Part shown: positions 40,150 through 51,772 of the stretch, in pieces
Layout of the letters: the number at the start of each line of letters is the position of its first letter
How positions within the stretch are numbered: the first letter of the stretch is position 1
Assembly: GCA_050613775.1 (NCBI GenBank)
Contig: JBODTK010000113.1
Coordinates: 62,001-126,000 of the forward strand
DNA from: Neocallimastix sp. 'constans'
Taxonomy: Eukaryota
Reading direction: 5' to 3'
DNA length: 64,000 bases
The notes under the pieces: model-generated
What the model was told of the DNA's origin: nothing
The model's input: only the letters and a program-made list of their open reading frames with translations
Database searches by the model: none
Made by a program: the position numbers and the translations under genes

Positions 40150-43100
40150 TCAAATAAAATATAAATCATCAATTTTTGTTAATAAGGAATTTCTAAATTT
40201 ATCCATTAATGTCCCATTTAAATACTTCGTAAACCCATCAGCGAGATTGTTTTCAGATTTTATATATTTAAGATAGATTTTATTTTCTTTGACTATTTCT
40301 CTTATGTAATGAACCCTAATGTCTACATGTTTAGTTTTTGGGTTGATAGTTTGATTTGTAGCGTTATAAATAGCTGCTTTATTGTCAACATTTACTTCAA
40401 TATTTTTAATATTTAAGTTCAATTCTTCGAATAAATTTAAGTACCATATACATTGTTTATTGCATTCACTAAGACTGTAATATTCGGACTCGGCTGTTGA
40501 AGTCGATATTGATTTTTGTAACTTTGAACACCAGCTTGTTGGTGCACCACCAAATGTTATTAAGAATCCTGTTGTTGAACGTCTAGTTTCCAAGTCACCT
40601 CCGTAATCCGAATCGACATACGCTTTAACATTCGGATTATTTGTGAAATTTATTCCATATTTTTTAGTTCCTTTTAAATATCTTAATATTCTCATTACGT
40701 TATTCCAGTCTTCCATATTTGGTTCCTTTGCCCTTCTAGCTGCTTTTGATACTGAGAAGATAATGTCGGGTCTTGTACATATACTGAGATATAATAAATT
40801 TCCTATTATGCTTCTATATTTTGTTTCATCTACTTTTACCTTCCTAAGATCTTCATTTTCAATTGGAGTCATAATTCTAAGAGGTGTACAATTTTTCATA
40901 TTAAACTTAGAAAGTAATTCATCTATATATCTGTGTTGATGTAAAAAGTAACCATTTTTATGTTTAATAAATTTTATTCCAATAATATAATCAACATTAT
41001 TTATATCTTTCATTTTGAACTTTTTCTCAATTAATAATTTTTCATTTTCTATTGTTTTCTTTGATCCTGATATTAAAATATCATCCACATATATAGCTAA
41101 CATACTTAAAAGTTTTCCTTTATTAAATTTAACGTACAGACAAGGTTCACTTATAAGTCTTTTATATCCAATTTTTATTAGATAGCCATTTAATTTATCA
41201 TTCCACTTGGCACCACTTTGTTTCAGTCCATATATTGCCTTCTTCAATTTCCAAAATTTCTTATTATAATCTTCATGTCCTTTGGGTGGTTTCATATACA
41301 AATCTTCATTTAATTCAGCATTTAAATAGGCAGCAGTTATATCTATTTGGTTTATTTCAAAATTGTTCTGAGTGGCAATTGCTGTAAAGATTCTTATTGA
41401 ATCCTGTTTTAAGGTAGGTGCAAAGGTTTCTTTATAATCTATGCCGTATTCTTGCGTAAATCCCTTTGCTACTAATCTTGATTTTCTTTTGATTATTTCT
41501 CCATTTGAGTTTCGTTTGAATTTGAAAATCCATCTTGATGATATTAAGTTTGCGTTCTTAGGTATTTTATCAATTGTTGTTATCGGTATTATTGTTTGAA
41601 TTATATCTGTCTATATTTGAATTATTATGATTGTTTTTATTACTGACAGTGATCATATTGTCGTTTTCATTAATATTATTATTTATTTTGTTATTATTGC
41701 TGTTGGTAGTGTTGTTGTTGCTGTTTGTGTTATCGTTGTTATTAATTTTATTGTTACTTGTGTTATTGTTATTATTATTGTCATTGTTGTTAATGTTATT
41801 ATCTTGAGATTCTATATTATTATTATAATCTTTGTTTTGATTATTATTAATATTTTTGGTGTTGTTATTATTGTTGTTTCTTCTTTTGTTATATGTTCTT
41901 TTATTTTTTATTTGAATGTTTTTACTTGGTATATTAATATCATTTATTTGAGTATTATTGTCTAATATTTGAATATTATTTGACTTATTGTTATTATATT
42001 GATAATACTGATTATTATTGTTAGTATTATTGAAGTCTTTGCCGTGGTTTATATCATACGTGTTATCATAAAAGTAGGTATTATCATTCCTCCTTATTAT
42101 ATTATTGGGAATAAAATTTGAGATGTCATTATCACAATGAGATAAATGTGAATTTCCTGGTGTAAATTCAAAGAATTCAACATTTCGTGAAATTATAATT
42201 TTATTATTTGTTATATCAAGAATTTTGTATGCTGTGGGATTATCAACATACCCCAAGAATATGCCAGGAGATGAGTTATTTTGAAATTTGGTACGGAATA
42301 GTTTTGGAACGTAATAAAAAACTTTACATCCGAAGACACGTATGTTTGAATAATCAACTTTGTTATTGGTTAAAAGTTCATATGGAATTTTATTATTTAT
42401 CCCTTTATGAGGGATTCGATTATGAATGTAGTTCGAAGTTGAGACGGCGTCTTCCCAAAATTGTAAGCTAAGTTTTGCGTCATTTAACATTGACTTTGCA
42501 GAATTGATTATAGTGCCGTTGAATCGTTCAATCCTACCATTTTGTTGTGGGTTGTAAGGAACAGTAAATTGATGTTGTATTCCAAAGTCAATGCAAAATT
42601 GTTTGAAATTTTTGTTGTTAAATTCGGTACCATTATCTGTACGGATATATTGAATTCTTTTGTTAAATTGATTTTTTATTTTATTAAACCAATTAAGGAA
42701 GTGATAAAAAGTTTCTGATTTACTTTTCATAAAGAGAGTCCACCCAAATCTTGAATGGTCATCCAAAATGGTTAAGATATATTTATTGTCATAGATAGAG
42801 TTTTGTATTGGACCTATAAGATCCATGTGTATGAGTTGAAATATATTTTTGGCTCTATTATGTGATGATTTGAAGGGCTTATTTTTAAGTTTTGAATAAC
42901 TACAAATAGGGCACTATGAGTTTATGTTGATTTTTAAAATTTTATTTTTGATACTATTGATATTAAAATGGGCAAAACGACGATGCCATAAATTTAGTTT
43001 ATCAATTGATTTTAAATGTGTATAATTGATTTCAACCAAATTATTATTATGTTGGTTGTTTTGAAAATTTAATGGTTGAGTTGAAATCCAAAATTTAAAT

Positions 43101-43657
43101 GTATTAGATTGGTTCGATTTAATTGATAATATTCTTTGATTGTGTTCGTCATAAATTAGTGCATATGATTTATTATTAGTATTATTGAAAATTATTTTGT
43201 ATCCTTGTTGTGTAAGATTTCCAATTGATAATAAATTTTTATTTATTTTTGGTGAGTAATAGACATTCTTAATGATTATTTTGTGATTACTAATGTATCC
43301 TATGAGATCTCCTTTAAATTGTGTTGATATAACTTGATTATTAGCTAAATAAACTTTGTCATTGCACTTTTGAATATTATGTAATTTATTTAAATGACCA
43401 GTAATATTTATTGATGCGCCGGAGTCCAATATCCAACACATCATTTCTTTTTGTTTATTTTCTTCGTTTTGTTTATTTACTTCGGCAAAATTAATATCAA
43501 GGTTTTCTTGAGAATTGTAATCCTTGGTAAAAGAATCGGCATAGCTTGTATCGTACCTTTCTTTTTCCATGAAATTTGCATAATTTCTACGTTTATTATA
43601 TTTTCTTTTAAAATTATTTCTTCTTCTTTTGAAAATTTTTCTTCTTGTGTTAGCCAT
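40150..43657 (-). pseudogene. pol: Copia pol: PR (WILDSGAS), IN (WHRRFAH..C..C, DLIGP, RTDNGTEF), RT (YGLKQSG, YVDD), RNase H (YVDSDY, KHVDIR)
   Basis: In-frame TAG at 42914-42916 inside the IN zinc finger. Frameshift/deletion near 41570-41580 removes the start of RT; the frame resumes IDKIPKNANLISSRWIF...RLVAKGFTQ. Confidence 0.9.
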
Positions 43658-44143
43658 TGTGGAGAATTTTAAATTAATTTATTTTTTAATAATTTATTAA
43701 TATTTTATATTATGCGAACATTTTTTTTTTTATTTAAAATTTTAAAGAATAATTGATGAGGGATATGTTGTATGTCTAGATTGTTTATTTATACATATTC
43801 AATATATTGATTAAAACCTTATTCTATTTTCATTAAATAAATGTAAATTGAAATATATATTGTTTAATATTTCCTTGATAATTTATAATGAACTTTAATA
43901 ATATATATTTTTTAATAATTGGTTAAGTTATATTTATTACTTAATAAAAAAAAAGGTTATAAAATAATATATTTCAGAATTATGATTGGTTTCTATTTTT
44001 ATCTTATTTTTTTAATGTAATATTTTTCATTATGCTATTTGAAATTAATTTAATTAAACATTTATATTATTGGTTTTTTATGTTTGAAAAAGGTATTTAT
44101 ACTTGATTTACATTTATTAATATTGGAATTAAAAATATATATG

Positions 44144-44174
<31 letters not shown>

Positions 44175-44198
44175 TATTGTTAATAATTGACAATAATA

Positions 44199-44310
44199 TT
44201 TTCAGTTCAAATTAATTATTTGACTGACCATATGATTTTCAGTTCAAATTAATTATTTGACTGACCATATGATTTTCAGTTCAAATTAATTATTTGACTG
44301 ACCATATGAT
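44199..44310. repeat. 37-bp tandem repeat array, left part (3 units)
   Basis: TTTTCAGTTCAAATTAATTATTTGACTGACCATATGA with exact period 37. Confidence 0.95.
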
Positions 44311-47300
44311 TATAAAGTTTTGATTTAAAAAATAGATTATAAGTCAAAAATTATAATAACACTAAATAACACAAAAATGTTTTATAAACAAATAAGTTTT
44401 ATTATATTTAGATTTTAAAATAATCTTTATTAATTATTAGTGTTATTAACAATAAATCGTTAATAACAATTACATCGATTAAAATACATGAAATTTGGTT
44501 AACTATTTATATTTTTATCTTATTACATTTAGAATATATAATTCCTATTGAATTATATTATCTAACTATTTATTTAAAAACAATACTAACCTAAACTAAT
44601 AATAAATAATTAACTATTACTAAATAAAGAGAATTATAATTAATAACTAAAATAAATATAATCAATTCTAATTGAGTTCATTTATTATTTATTTATTATT
44701 TAAATATTATTAGTAAATTTATTATATATTTTCTATTTTAAAATAATATAAAAGTTGTCATAATTATTTAATATAAATTTAGCATAAAATGCCGTAAGTT
44801 TCAACATGACTAATTGCATAGTTTCATGTTGTTAATTTATCTTGTAAAAAACCTTAACTCTTATTATTTAAATTAAATTACATAAAAAGAAATGATTTTC
44901 AATTACTAGTTTCACAAGAGAAATTTTTAATTTATTAATATGATTGGGAAGAAGTCGAAGTTTTGTTTAAAATTATTTGCAATAATTTTATACACGTGAT
45001 TTTTAATAGATTTATTTCAATTTTACTTAAATTTATGATTAAATTTAATTAAAATTTATAAAGATATTAATAATATCTTTACAATCTCGCCCCTTAAGTC
45101 GAGCTCCTGCGAGATTAACTTTAAGAAGGAAGATCAATTACAAAAGGTTGATATTTATGTCTAACATAGTACTCGTTTGCATCATCAGGTGGTTGACAGA
45201 ATTCGTTGTTAACATTCGAAGATTTGTTCTTCTTTTCTTTTCTGTAATATTCTTGTATTAATTGTCTATCAAGAATTTGATCTTCATCAATCCAAGTATT
45301 TTCACTAAAATCGCATCCTTTCCATTTAATCAAGTAACGATTCTTATTGTTAAAGGTTTTCATTTTAATTATTCTTTCAGGAGTTCTATCAATTGTATCC
45401 GTATTAAGATTAATATTTCTTCTACGAGTATTTCTTCTGTTTGAAAATTCATTTTCATGGTAAGGTTCGAGAAGTGAAACATGAAATACAGGGTGACAAC
45501 GCATATTATTAGGAAGTTTAAGTTCGTACGCTAAGTCACTAACTTTTCTTATTATTTCAAAAGGTCCTATTAGTTGATCAGATAATTTTCTATTTTTCTT
45601 TGTTGTATTACCCTTTAAAAGATAAACTTTATTTCCTACTTTAAAATCTGGAGAATCCATTCTTTTCAGATCTGCATATTTCTTATAAGTCTTTTTTGCT
45701 TGCTCTAAGTTTTCTTTTAAAAATTTAATGTTTTCATTAATATTTAATATTCTTTTCTCAGCTCTATGCGGATTCTCATTTGAAGGAATTTCAGGATTAA
45801 ATTTCGGATTAAAACCATAATTTGCAAAAAAAGGTGATTGATTTATTGACTGTTGTAAAGTATTATTATAGGAAAATTCTGCAAAAGGTAATAAATCAAA
45901 CCAATTATTTTGTTTTTCGTTAATGAAACAACGAAGATATTGTTCCAATATCGAGTTCACCCTCTCCGTTTGACCATCAGTCTGCGGGTGATTAGCAGTA
46001 GAAAAAGAATGCTTAATATTTAAAAGAGAGCAAAGACGATTCCAAAAATCAGAGGTAAATTGAGAACCACGATCAGAAATAATAGAATCGGGGAAACCAT
46101 GAAGTTTAAAAATATTAGCAATGAAAGAATCAGCAGCAATAGAAGCAGTAGGAAGACATCTAAATGGTATAAAATGAGCCATTTTAGTTAAGCGATCCAC
46201 AACAACCATTATAGTGGTCATATCTTTGGATTTCGGAAGTTCAACAATAAAATCCATAGAGATAGCAGACCAGGCTCTATTTGGTGTAGAAAGTGGAGAA
46301 AGTAAACCATATGGCTTATGTCTTGGGATTTTGGATTTTGAACAAATTTCACAAGATTTAATAAACATTTTAACATCTTTTTGTAATTTAGGCCACCAGA
46401 AATTACGAGAAATAAGTTCAATAGTTTTATTAATTCCAAAATGACCAGCAGAAATAGAGTCATGATGGAGTTCTAAAACTCTTATTCTAATTTTATTGGG
46501 AACATAAATTAAATTTTCAAAAAGTAAATAACCATTTTTGTCAAGAGAAAATTTATCGATTTTACTAAAAGGGGGATCTTTTGATTTATCATTTTTAAGA
46601 AATTCAGTTATTTTGCAATAGAATTCATCATTAGCTAGAGAATCATGAATAGAGGAGATTAAAGAATCATTCTTAAAACTACATGAATTAATAACGCATG
46701 AAATAGGACGAACACTAGCAAATAAATGATCACTACGTCTTGATAAAATATCTGGTTTACCTGACTTTTTACCAGCTCTGTAAATTAGTTTAAAATCAAA
46801 TCTAGATAAGAATTCATACCAACGAATTTGGCGTTGGGAAAGAAGTTCAGGTTTTCGAGGGAAAGTTAAATTCTTATGATCAGTATAAATAATAAACTGA
46901 TGGCGAGCTCCTTCTAAGTAATGTCTCCATCCTTCCAATGCAACTTTAATAGCAAGAAGTTCTTTGTCATAGATAGGGTAATTTCTTTGGGATTTAGTTA
47001 AGCTAGTAGAAATAAAAGCAATTGGATGCAAATGCCCATCAAATTCCTGAGAAAGAATTGCACCAACAGCAAAATTACTAGCATCAGTTTCAACAATGAA
47101 TTGTTTGTTGCTATCAGGATGTTTCAAAATAGGAGCAGTAGTAAATAATTCTTTTAAAGTATCAAACGCTTTTTGTTGTTCAGAACTCCAATTAAAAGGA
47201 ACATTTTTTCTAGTTAATTTGTGGAGAGGATTTGCAATTTTCGCAAAGTCTTTAATAAAAATTCTGTAATAATTACAAAGTCCAATAAACGATTGAATTT

Positions 47301-50300
47301 CTTTAACGTTTGTTGGAACAGGCCAATCTAAAATTGCTTTAACTTTTTCTTTATCCATTTTAATTCCATCTCTTGATAAAACATAACCAAGAAAGGTAGT
47401 TTCAGTTACATCAAATTCACACTTTTCTAATTTAACAACTAAATGATTCTCTAACAATTTTCTTAAAACTTTCTTAACATGTACATGATGTTCTTCTAAA
47501 GTATTAGAATAAATTAAAATGTCATCAATGTAAGAGATTACAAAATCATCTAAGTAATCACTGAGAACATCATTTATAAAATGTTGGAATGTAGCAGGGG
47601 CATTCTTAAGCCCAAAAGGCATAACGAGATATTCAAAGTGCCCGTATCTTGTACGAAAGGCAGTTTTGTACTCGTCACCTTCTTTAATTCTTACTAAGTT
47701 ATAAGCAGATTTTAAATCTAACTTAGTAAAATATTTAGCACCTTTAACTCTATCCAACAATTCACTAATTAAAGGAAGTGGATAAGAGTTACGGATGGTC
47801 ATTTCGTTCAATTTTCTATAATCAATAACTAGTCTATAAGTACCATCCTTTTTTCTAACAAATAAAATAGGTGCACCAGCAGGAGAAGAAGATTTCCTAA
47901 TAAAACCCTTTTTTAAATTCTCTTCTAAATATTTCTTTAATTCTTCTCTCTCCGTTTCAGTTAAAGGGTACAACGGACCATAAAATAAACTACAATTATC
48001 TTTTAATTTAATTTCACAATCATAATTACGATGCGGAGGTAACACATTACAATTATTTTCATTAAACACTTCTTTAAACATCAAATAGATTTCAGGTACT
48101 TCGACCTTTTCACCATCTTTATTTAAATTATTATCTTCATCATTACATTTTTCAATTACATTTAATTTCTTACATTTACTAGATTCACAAATTTTCTTTA
48201 AAATCCTTAAACTATTAGTACTAATTTTACTATCACAATTCATAACAATAATATCATCACTATCGCTAAAGTTATCACTATCACTAATGCTATCACTAAA
48301 ATTATCTAACATAAAAGTATCATTAATATCACTATCACTATCACTATTAATAAATTCAGTACAAGTTCTAATACGAGTTCGGCGGCCACGAATAGAAATT
48401 TCTTCTTCAGAATCAGATTCGGAATCGGAGTCAAAGAAAGATTTTCTTTTTCTTGAGTCTTCAATAATTTTATTTTCTTCCAAGTCGGTAGCAGATTCTT
48501 TTCCTTTGTTCTTTTTCTTGTTCTTGATCTTGTTCTTTCTTTTTCTTTTACCGTTATTACAGTGTCTAGCGCAAAATCCTGAGCCAAAGGAGATCTTCTT
48601 TGCGTCGTGGTAATTATAAGGCGAATGCTTCTCAATCCAAGGTAGGCCTAAAATAATATCAACATCAGGAATTCTGAGTACATACAATTGAATGGTTTCT
48701 AAGTGATTTTTTAAACGGAAAATGCACTTCTCCGTTTCCTTTTTAACTGTTGATATTCCGTAACCAAGACCAGTAACACGGAATGGTTCTTCAATTTGTT
48801 GGGTTTTGATTCCAAAAGCCTTCGCAAATTCTGGGTGAATAAAGTTAAGATCTGATCCAGAATCAATCAAAACTCTTGCTTTTACTTCTTCTGTATCGTT
48901 TGTTTTAATATAGAAATCAATGATATTACTTTTCTTTGTCAAAAGTGAGTTTTGTTCTTCCACGATTTTTCTAACTTTGACAATATCTTCTTGGCTGTTG
49001 ATTCTTCTAATTCTTCTTAAACTACTTGAGGGTGTGGTAGCGGTGTTTTCTTGTTTACTGATAATCTTGACTCCGGCAGGTTTCTTCTTATTTGGACAGT
49101 TAAAATAGCGATGACCTGGTTTTTTACAATAATAGCACAATCCTTTCCTTCTTTCTTCATCTCTTGAATTCGAGTTTTCTTGATATAATTTCTGGTTAGA
49201 AGGGAAGTAACTTGTATTCGTTTGTCCTCTCTTAATTCTGTATAAATCTATTTCCATTGGGTCACTAGTAGACGCATGATTATTATTATTTATTTTCTTA
49301 CGATGGTAATAATTATGATAGAAAAATTCATTTATTTCATGTCTCTTAGTTAAGCTTTCGATACTAAGGACATCAGTGAAAAGTCTTCTTAAGTTGTTGG
49401 GATTTGGATTTACCACTGCAAGGTGCTCCCTCATCTTGTAGTGAAGTCCTTTTACAAACATATAAATCTTAGCAGAATCGTTAAAATCTGAATGTCTGCT
49501 GATTTTATTAAATTCATTTATATACTCACTAACATGACCAAATTTATGTTGTCGGATGCTGCATAATTTACCGTTTGCGACAACTGTGCTCATGTCCTGC
49601 TCTCCAAATTGATTTCTTAATTCTTGAATAAAATCTTCATAAACATTGAGCAGGGGATCATTATTTCTTCGCAAGTTTGAGGCCCATATCAAGGGATCAC
49701 CGACAAGATAAGAAATTATAAATCTGACCTTTGTATGGTCGTTATTGAAACCTTGTGGATTGGCTTCCATAGCTATTTCAGCTCTTGTAAGGAAGCCATC
49801 AAAGTCCTTCTTGATTCCAGAAAATAGCGGTGGTTCGTTAACAATCTTTTGATTGTTACGGGGCAGAACTTGATGATTCTCTTGATTCATTTCTTGCAGG
49901 TTAAGGTCTTCGAATCTTCTTATTAGGTTGTTAAATCCCTCCAATTTGATTATTTTAAATTGACTTAAATTTTTGCAATTTCTTTAACAAAAATATCAAA
50001 CAAATAAATATTTCAAACTATAACGTTTTTTCATCTAGTCGATCTAGCTCTATCCTTTGAAGCGGTGCTGTCGAGTAAACGAAACGTTATAAATTAAAAT
50101 ATTAAAGGTTTATGGTTTTTCGAATCTTGTTCTAAGACGTGTAATTGTAATTTCGGTAGCAATATTATAGAGCTGGTGGCAATATTCTGAAACTGGTAGC
50201 AATAATCTAAAACTGGTAAAAAATATTTTGAATCAAGCCACACACAAGCCACTGTTAACGTATCACGTGTTATAATCTTGACTTATAACGTATTTTATTG

Positions 50301-51094
50301 AGAGAAAAAGGTAATTGTTATTATAAAGTTTTGATTTAAAAAATAGATTATAAGTCAAAAATTATAATAACACTAAATAACACAAAAATGTTTTATAAAC
50401 AAATAAGTTTTATTATATTTAGATTTTAAAATAATCTTTATTAATTATTAGTGTTATTAACAATAAATCGTTAATAACAATTACATCGATTAAAATACAT
50501 GAAATTTGGTTAACTATTTATATTTTTATCTTATTACATTTAGAATATATAATTCCTATTGAATTATATTATCTAACTATTTATTTAAAAACAATACTAA
50601 CCTAAACTAATAATAAATAATTAACTATTACTAAATAAAGAGAATTATAATTAATAACTAAAATAAATATAATCAATTCTAATTGAGTTCATTTATTATT
50701 TATTTATTATTTAAATATTATTAGTAAATTTATTATATATTTTCTATTTTAAAATAATATAAAAGTTGTCATAATTATTTAATATAAATTTAGCATAAAA
50801 TGCCGTAAGTTTCAACATGACTAATTGCATAGTTTCATGTTGTTAATTTATCTTGTAAAAAACCTTAACTCTTATTATTTAAATTAAATTACATAAAAAG
50901 AAATGATTTTCAATTACTAGTTTCACAAGAGAAATTTTTAATTTATTAATATGATTGGGAAGAAGTCGAAGTTTTGTTTAAAATTATTTGCAATAATTTT
51001 ATACACGTGATTTTTAATAGATTTATTTCAATTTTACTTAAATTTATGATTAAATTTAATTAAAATTTATAAAGATATTAATAATATCTTTACA
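44311..51094 (-). mobile_element. Intact chromovirus (Tf1/sushi-like Ty3/Gypsy); LTRs 50322-51094 (5') and 44311-45083 (3'), 773 bp; 5-bp TSD ATGAT
   Basis: LTRs with no differences seen by eye; single gag-pol ORF; self-complementary PBS at 50311-50321. Confidence 0.96.
45121..49890 (-). CDS. Gag-Pol polyprotein with C-terminal chromodomain (first ATG at 49890; frame open from TTG at 49944)
   Basis: DPMEID, CYYCKKPGHRYFNC, LIDSGS, YIDD, ETDAS, HH-CC/SMDFI/SDRG/GPF, and the chromodomain ERIIKMK...YLIKWKGCDFSENTWIDEDQI. Confidence 0.95.
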   Translation of the reverse strand: MNQENHQVLPRNNQKIVNEPPLFSGIKKDFDGFLTRAEIAMEANPQGFNNDHTKVRFIISYLVGDPLIWASNLRRNNDPLLNVYEDFIQELRNQFGEQDMSTVVANGKLCSIRQHKFGHVSEYINEFNKISRHSDFNDSAKIYMFVKGLHYKMREHLAVVNPNPNNLRRLFTDVLSIESLTKRHEINEFFYHNYYHRKKINNNNHASTSDPMEIDLYRIKRGQTNTSYFPSNQKLYQENSNSRDEERRKGLCYYCKKPGHRYFNCPNKKKPAGVKIISKQENTATTPSSSLRRIRRINSQEDIVKVRKIVEEQNSLLTKKSNIIDFYIKTNDTEEVKARVLIDSGSDLNFIHPEFAKAFGIKTQQIEEPFRVTGLGYGISTVKKETEKCIFRLKNHLETIQLYVLRIPDVDIILGLPWIEKHSPYNYHDAKKISFGSGFCARHCNNGKRKRKNKIKNKKKNKGKESATDLEENKIIEDSRKRKSFFDSDSESDSEEEISIRGRRTRIRTCTEFINSDSDSDINDTFMLDNFSDSISDSDNFSDSDDIIVMNCDSKISTNSLRILKKICESSKCKKLNVIEKCNDEDNNLNKDGEKVEVPEIYLMFKEVFNENNCNVLPPHRNYDCEIKLKDNCSLFYGPLYPLTETEREELKKYLEENLKKGFIRKSSSPAGAPILFVRKKDGTYRLVIDYRKLNEMTIRNSYPLPLISELLDRVKGAKYFTKLDLKSAYNLVRIKEGDEYKTAFRTRYGHFEYLVMPFGLKNAPATFQHFINDVLSDYLDDFVISYIDDILIYSNTLEEHHVHVKKVLRKLLENHLVVKLEKCEFDVTETTFLGYVLSRDGIKMDKEKVKAILDWPVPTNVKEIQSFIGLCNYYRIFIKDFAKIANPLHKLTRKNVPFNWSSEQQKAFDTLKELFTTAPILKHPDSNKQFIVETDASNFAVGAILSQEFDGHLHPIAFISTSLTKSQRNYPIYDKELLAIKVALEGWRHYLEGARHQFIIYTDHKNLTFPRKPELLSQRQIRWYEFLSRFDFKLIYRAGKKSGKPDILSRRSDHLFASVRPISCVINSCSFKNDSLISSIHDSLANDEFYCKITEFLKNDKSKDPPFSKIDKFSLDKNGYLLFENLIYVPNKIRIRVLELHHDSISAGHFGINKTIELISRNFWWPKLQKDVKMFIKSCEICSKSKIPRHKPYGLLSPLSTPNRAWSAISMDFIVELPKSKDMTTIMVVVDRLTKMAHFIPFRCLPTASIAADSFIANIFKLHGFPDSIISDRGSQFTSDFWNRLCSLLNIKHSFSTANHPQTDGQTERVNSILEQYLRCFINEKQNNWFDLLPFAEFSYNNTLQQSINQSPFFANYGFNPKFNPEIPSNENPHRAEKRILNINENIKFLKENLEQAKKTYKKYADLKRMDSPDFKVGNKVYLLKGNTTKKNRKLSDQLIGPFEIIRKVSDLAYELKLPNNMRCHPVFHVSLLEPYHENEFSNRRNTRRRNINLNTDTIDRTPERIIKMKTFNNKNRYLIKWKGCDFSENTWIDEDQILDRQLIQEYYRKEKKNKSSNVNNEFCQPPDDANEYYVRHKYQPFVIDLPS

Positions 51095-51426
51095 ATGATT
51101 TTCAGTTCAAATTAATTATTTGACTGACCATATGATTTTCAGTTCAAATTAATTATTTGACTGACTATGTCATTTTTCAGTTCATATTATAATTTGACTG
51201 ACTATACTATTTTTACAGTTCAAATTAATTATTTGACTGACCATATGATTTTCAGTTCAAATTATAATTGACTGACTATTTTATTATTTTATTTTATTAT
51301 TAATTTTTTTTTTTTTTATTTTATTTCAATATAAAATTTTATTGATAATACTAATTTTCAGTTCAAATTATAATTGACTGACTATATTATTTTTTTTCAA
51401 TTCGAATTATAATTTGACTGACTATC
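51095..51426. repeat. 37-bp repeat array, right part (~7 units, progressively diverged)
   Basis: Same CAGTTCAAATTA...TTGACTGAC core; resumes exactly at the ATGAT TSD. Confidence 0.9.
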
Positions 51427-51772
51427 ATATATATGTATATTTTTATATGCAATGAATGAATAATGATATTATTAAATTGTATTAATCCCTCATTAATTTA
51501 TTTATTTATTTATATATATATATTTTTTTTTTTTTTTTTTTTTTTTAAATATTTTTGATAATATATTTTGATTTAATTATTATGAAAATAACAAAGTTAA
51601 TTATGTAGATTCATAATTAATTAAATTATTTCTTTGATAATTCAAAATTAGATGTTATTATTGATAAATATAAAAATGATTTTTAATATTAAAAATAAGA
51701 AAGCGTTAGTTCAATTTATTTATAAGATGAATATATTTATATATTAATTATGTAAATTATAACTTAACTTAT

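Noticed and set aside
42914..42916. TAG as a programmed readthrough in the Copia
   Set aside because: It falls between the HH and CC of the integrase zinc finger, not at a gag-pol boundary; more likely a nonsense mutation.
50060..50092. Hammerhead-like CTGTCGAG-TAAA-CGAAAC
   Set aside because: The core A of CUGA is replaced, stem I cannot form, and it lies antisense to the element transcript.
44199..51426. 37-bp palindromic repeats as a CRISPR array
   Set aside because: Units are head-to-tail with no unique spacers, there are no cas genes, and the context is a eukaryotic retrotransposon leader.
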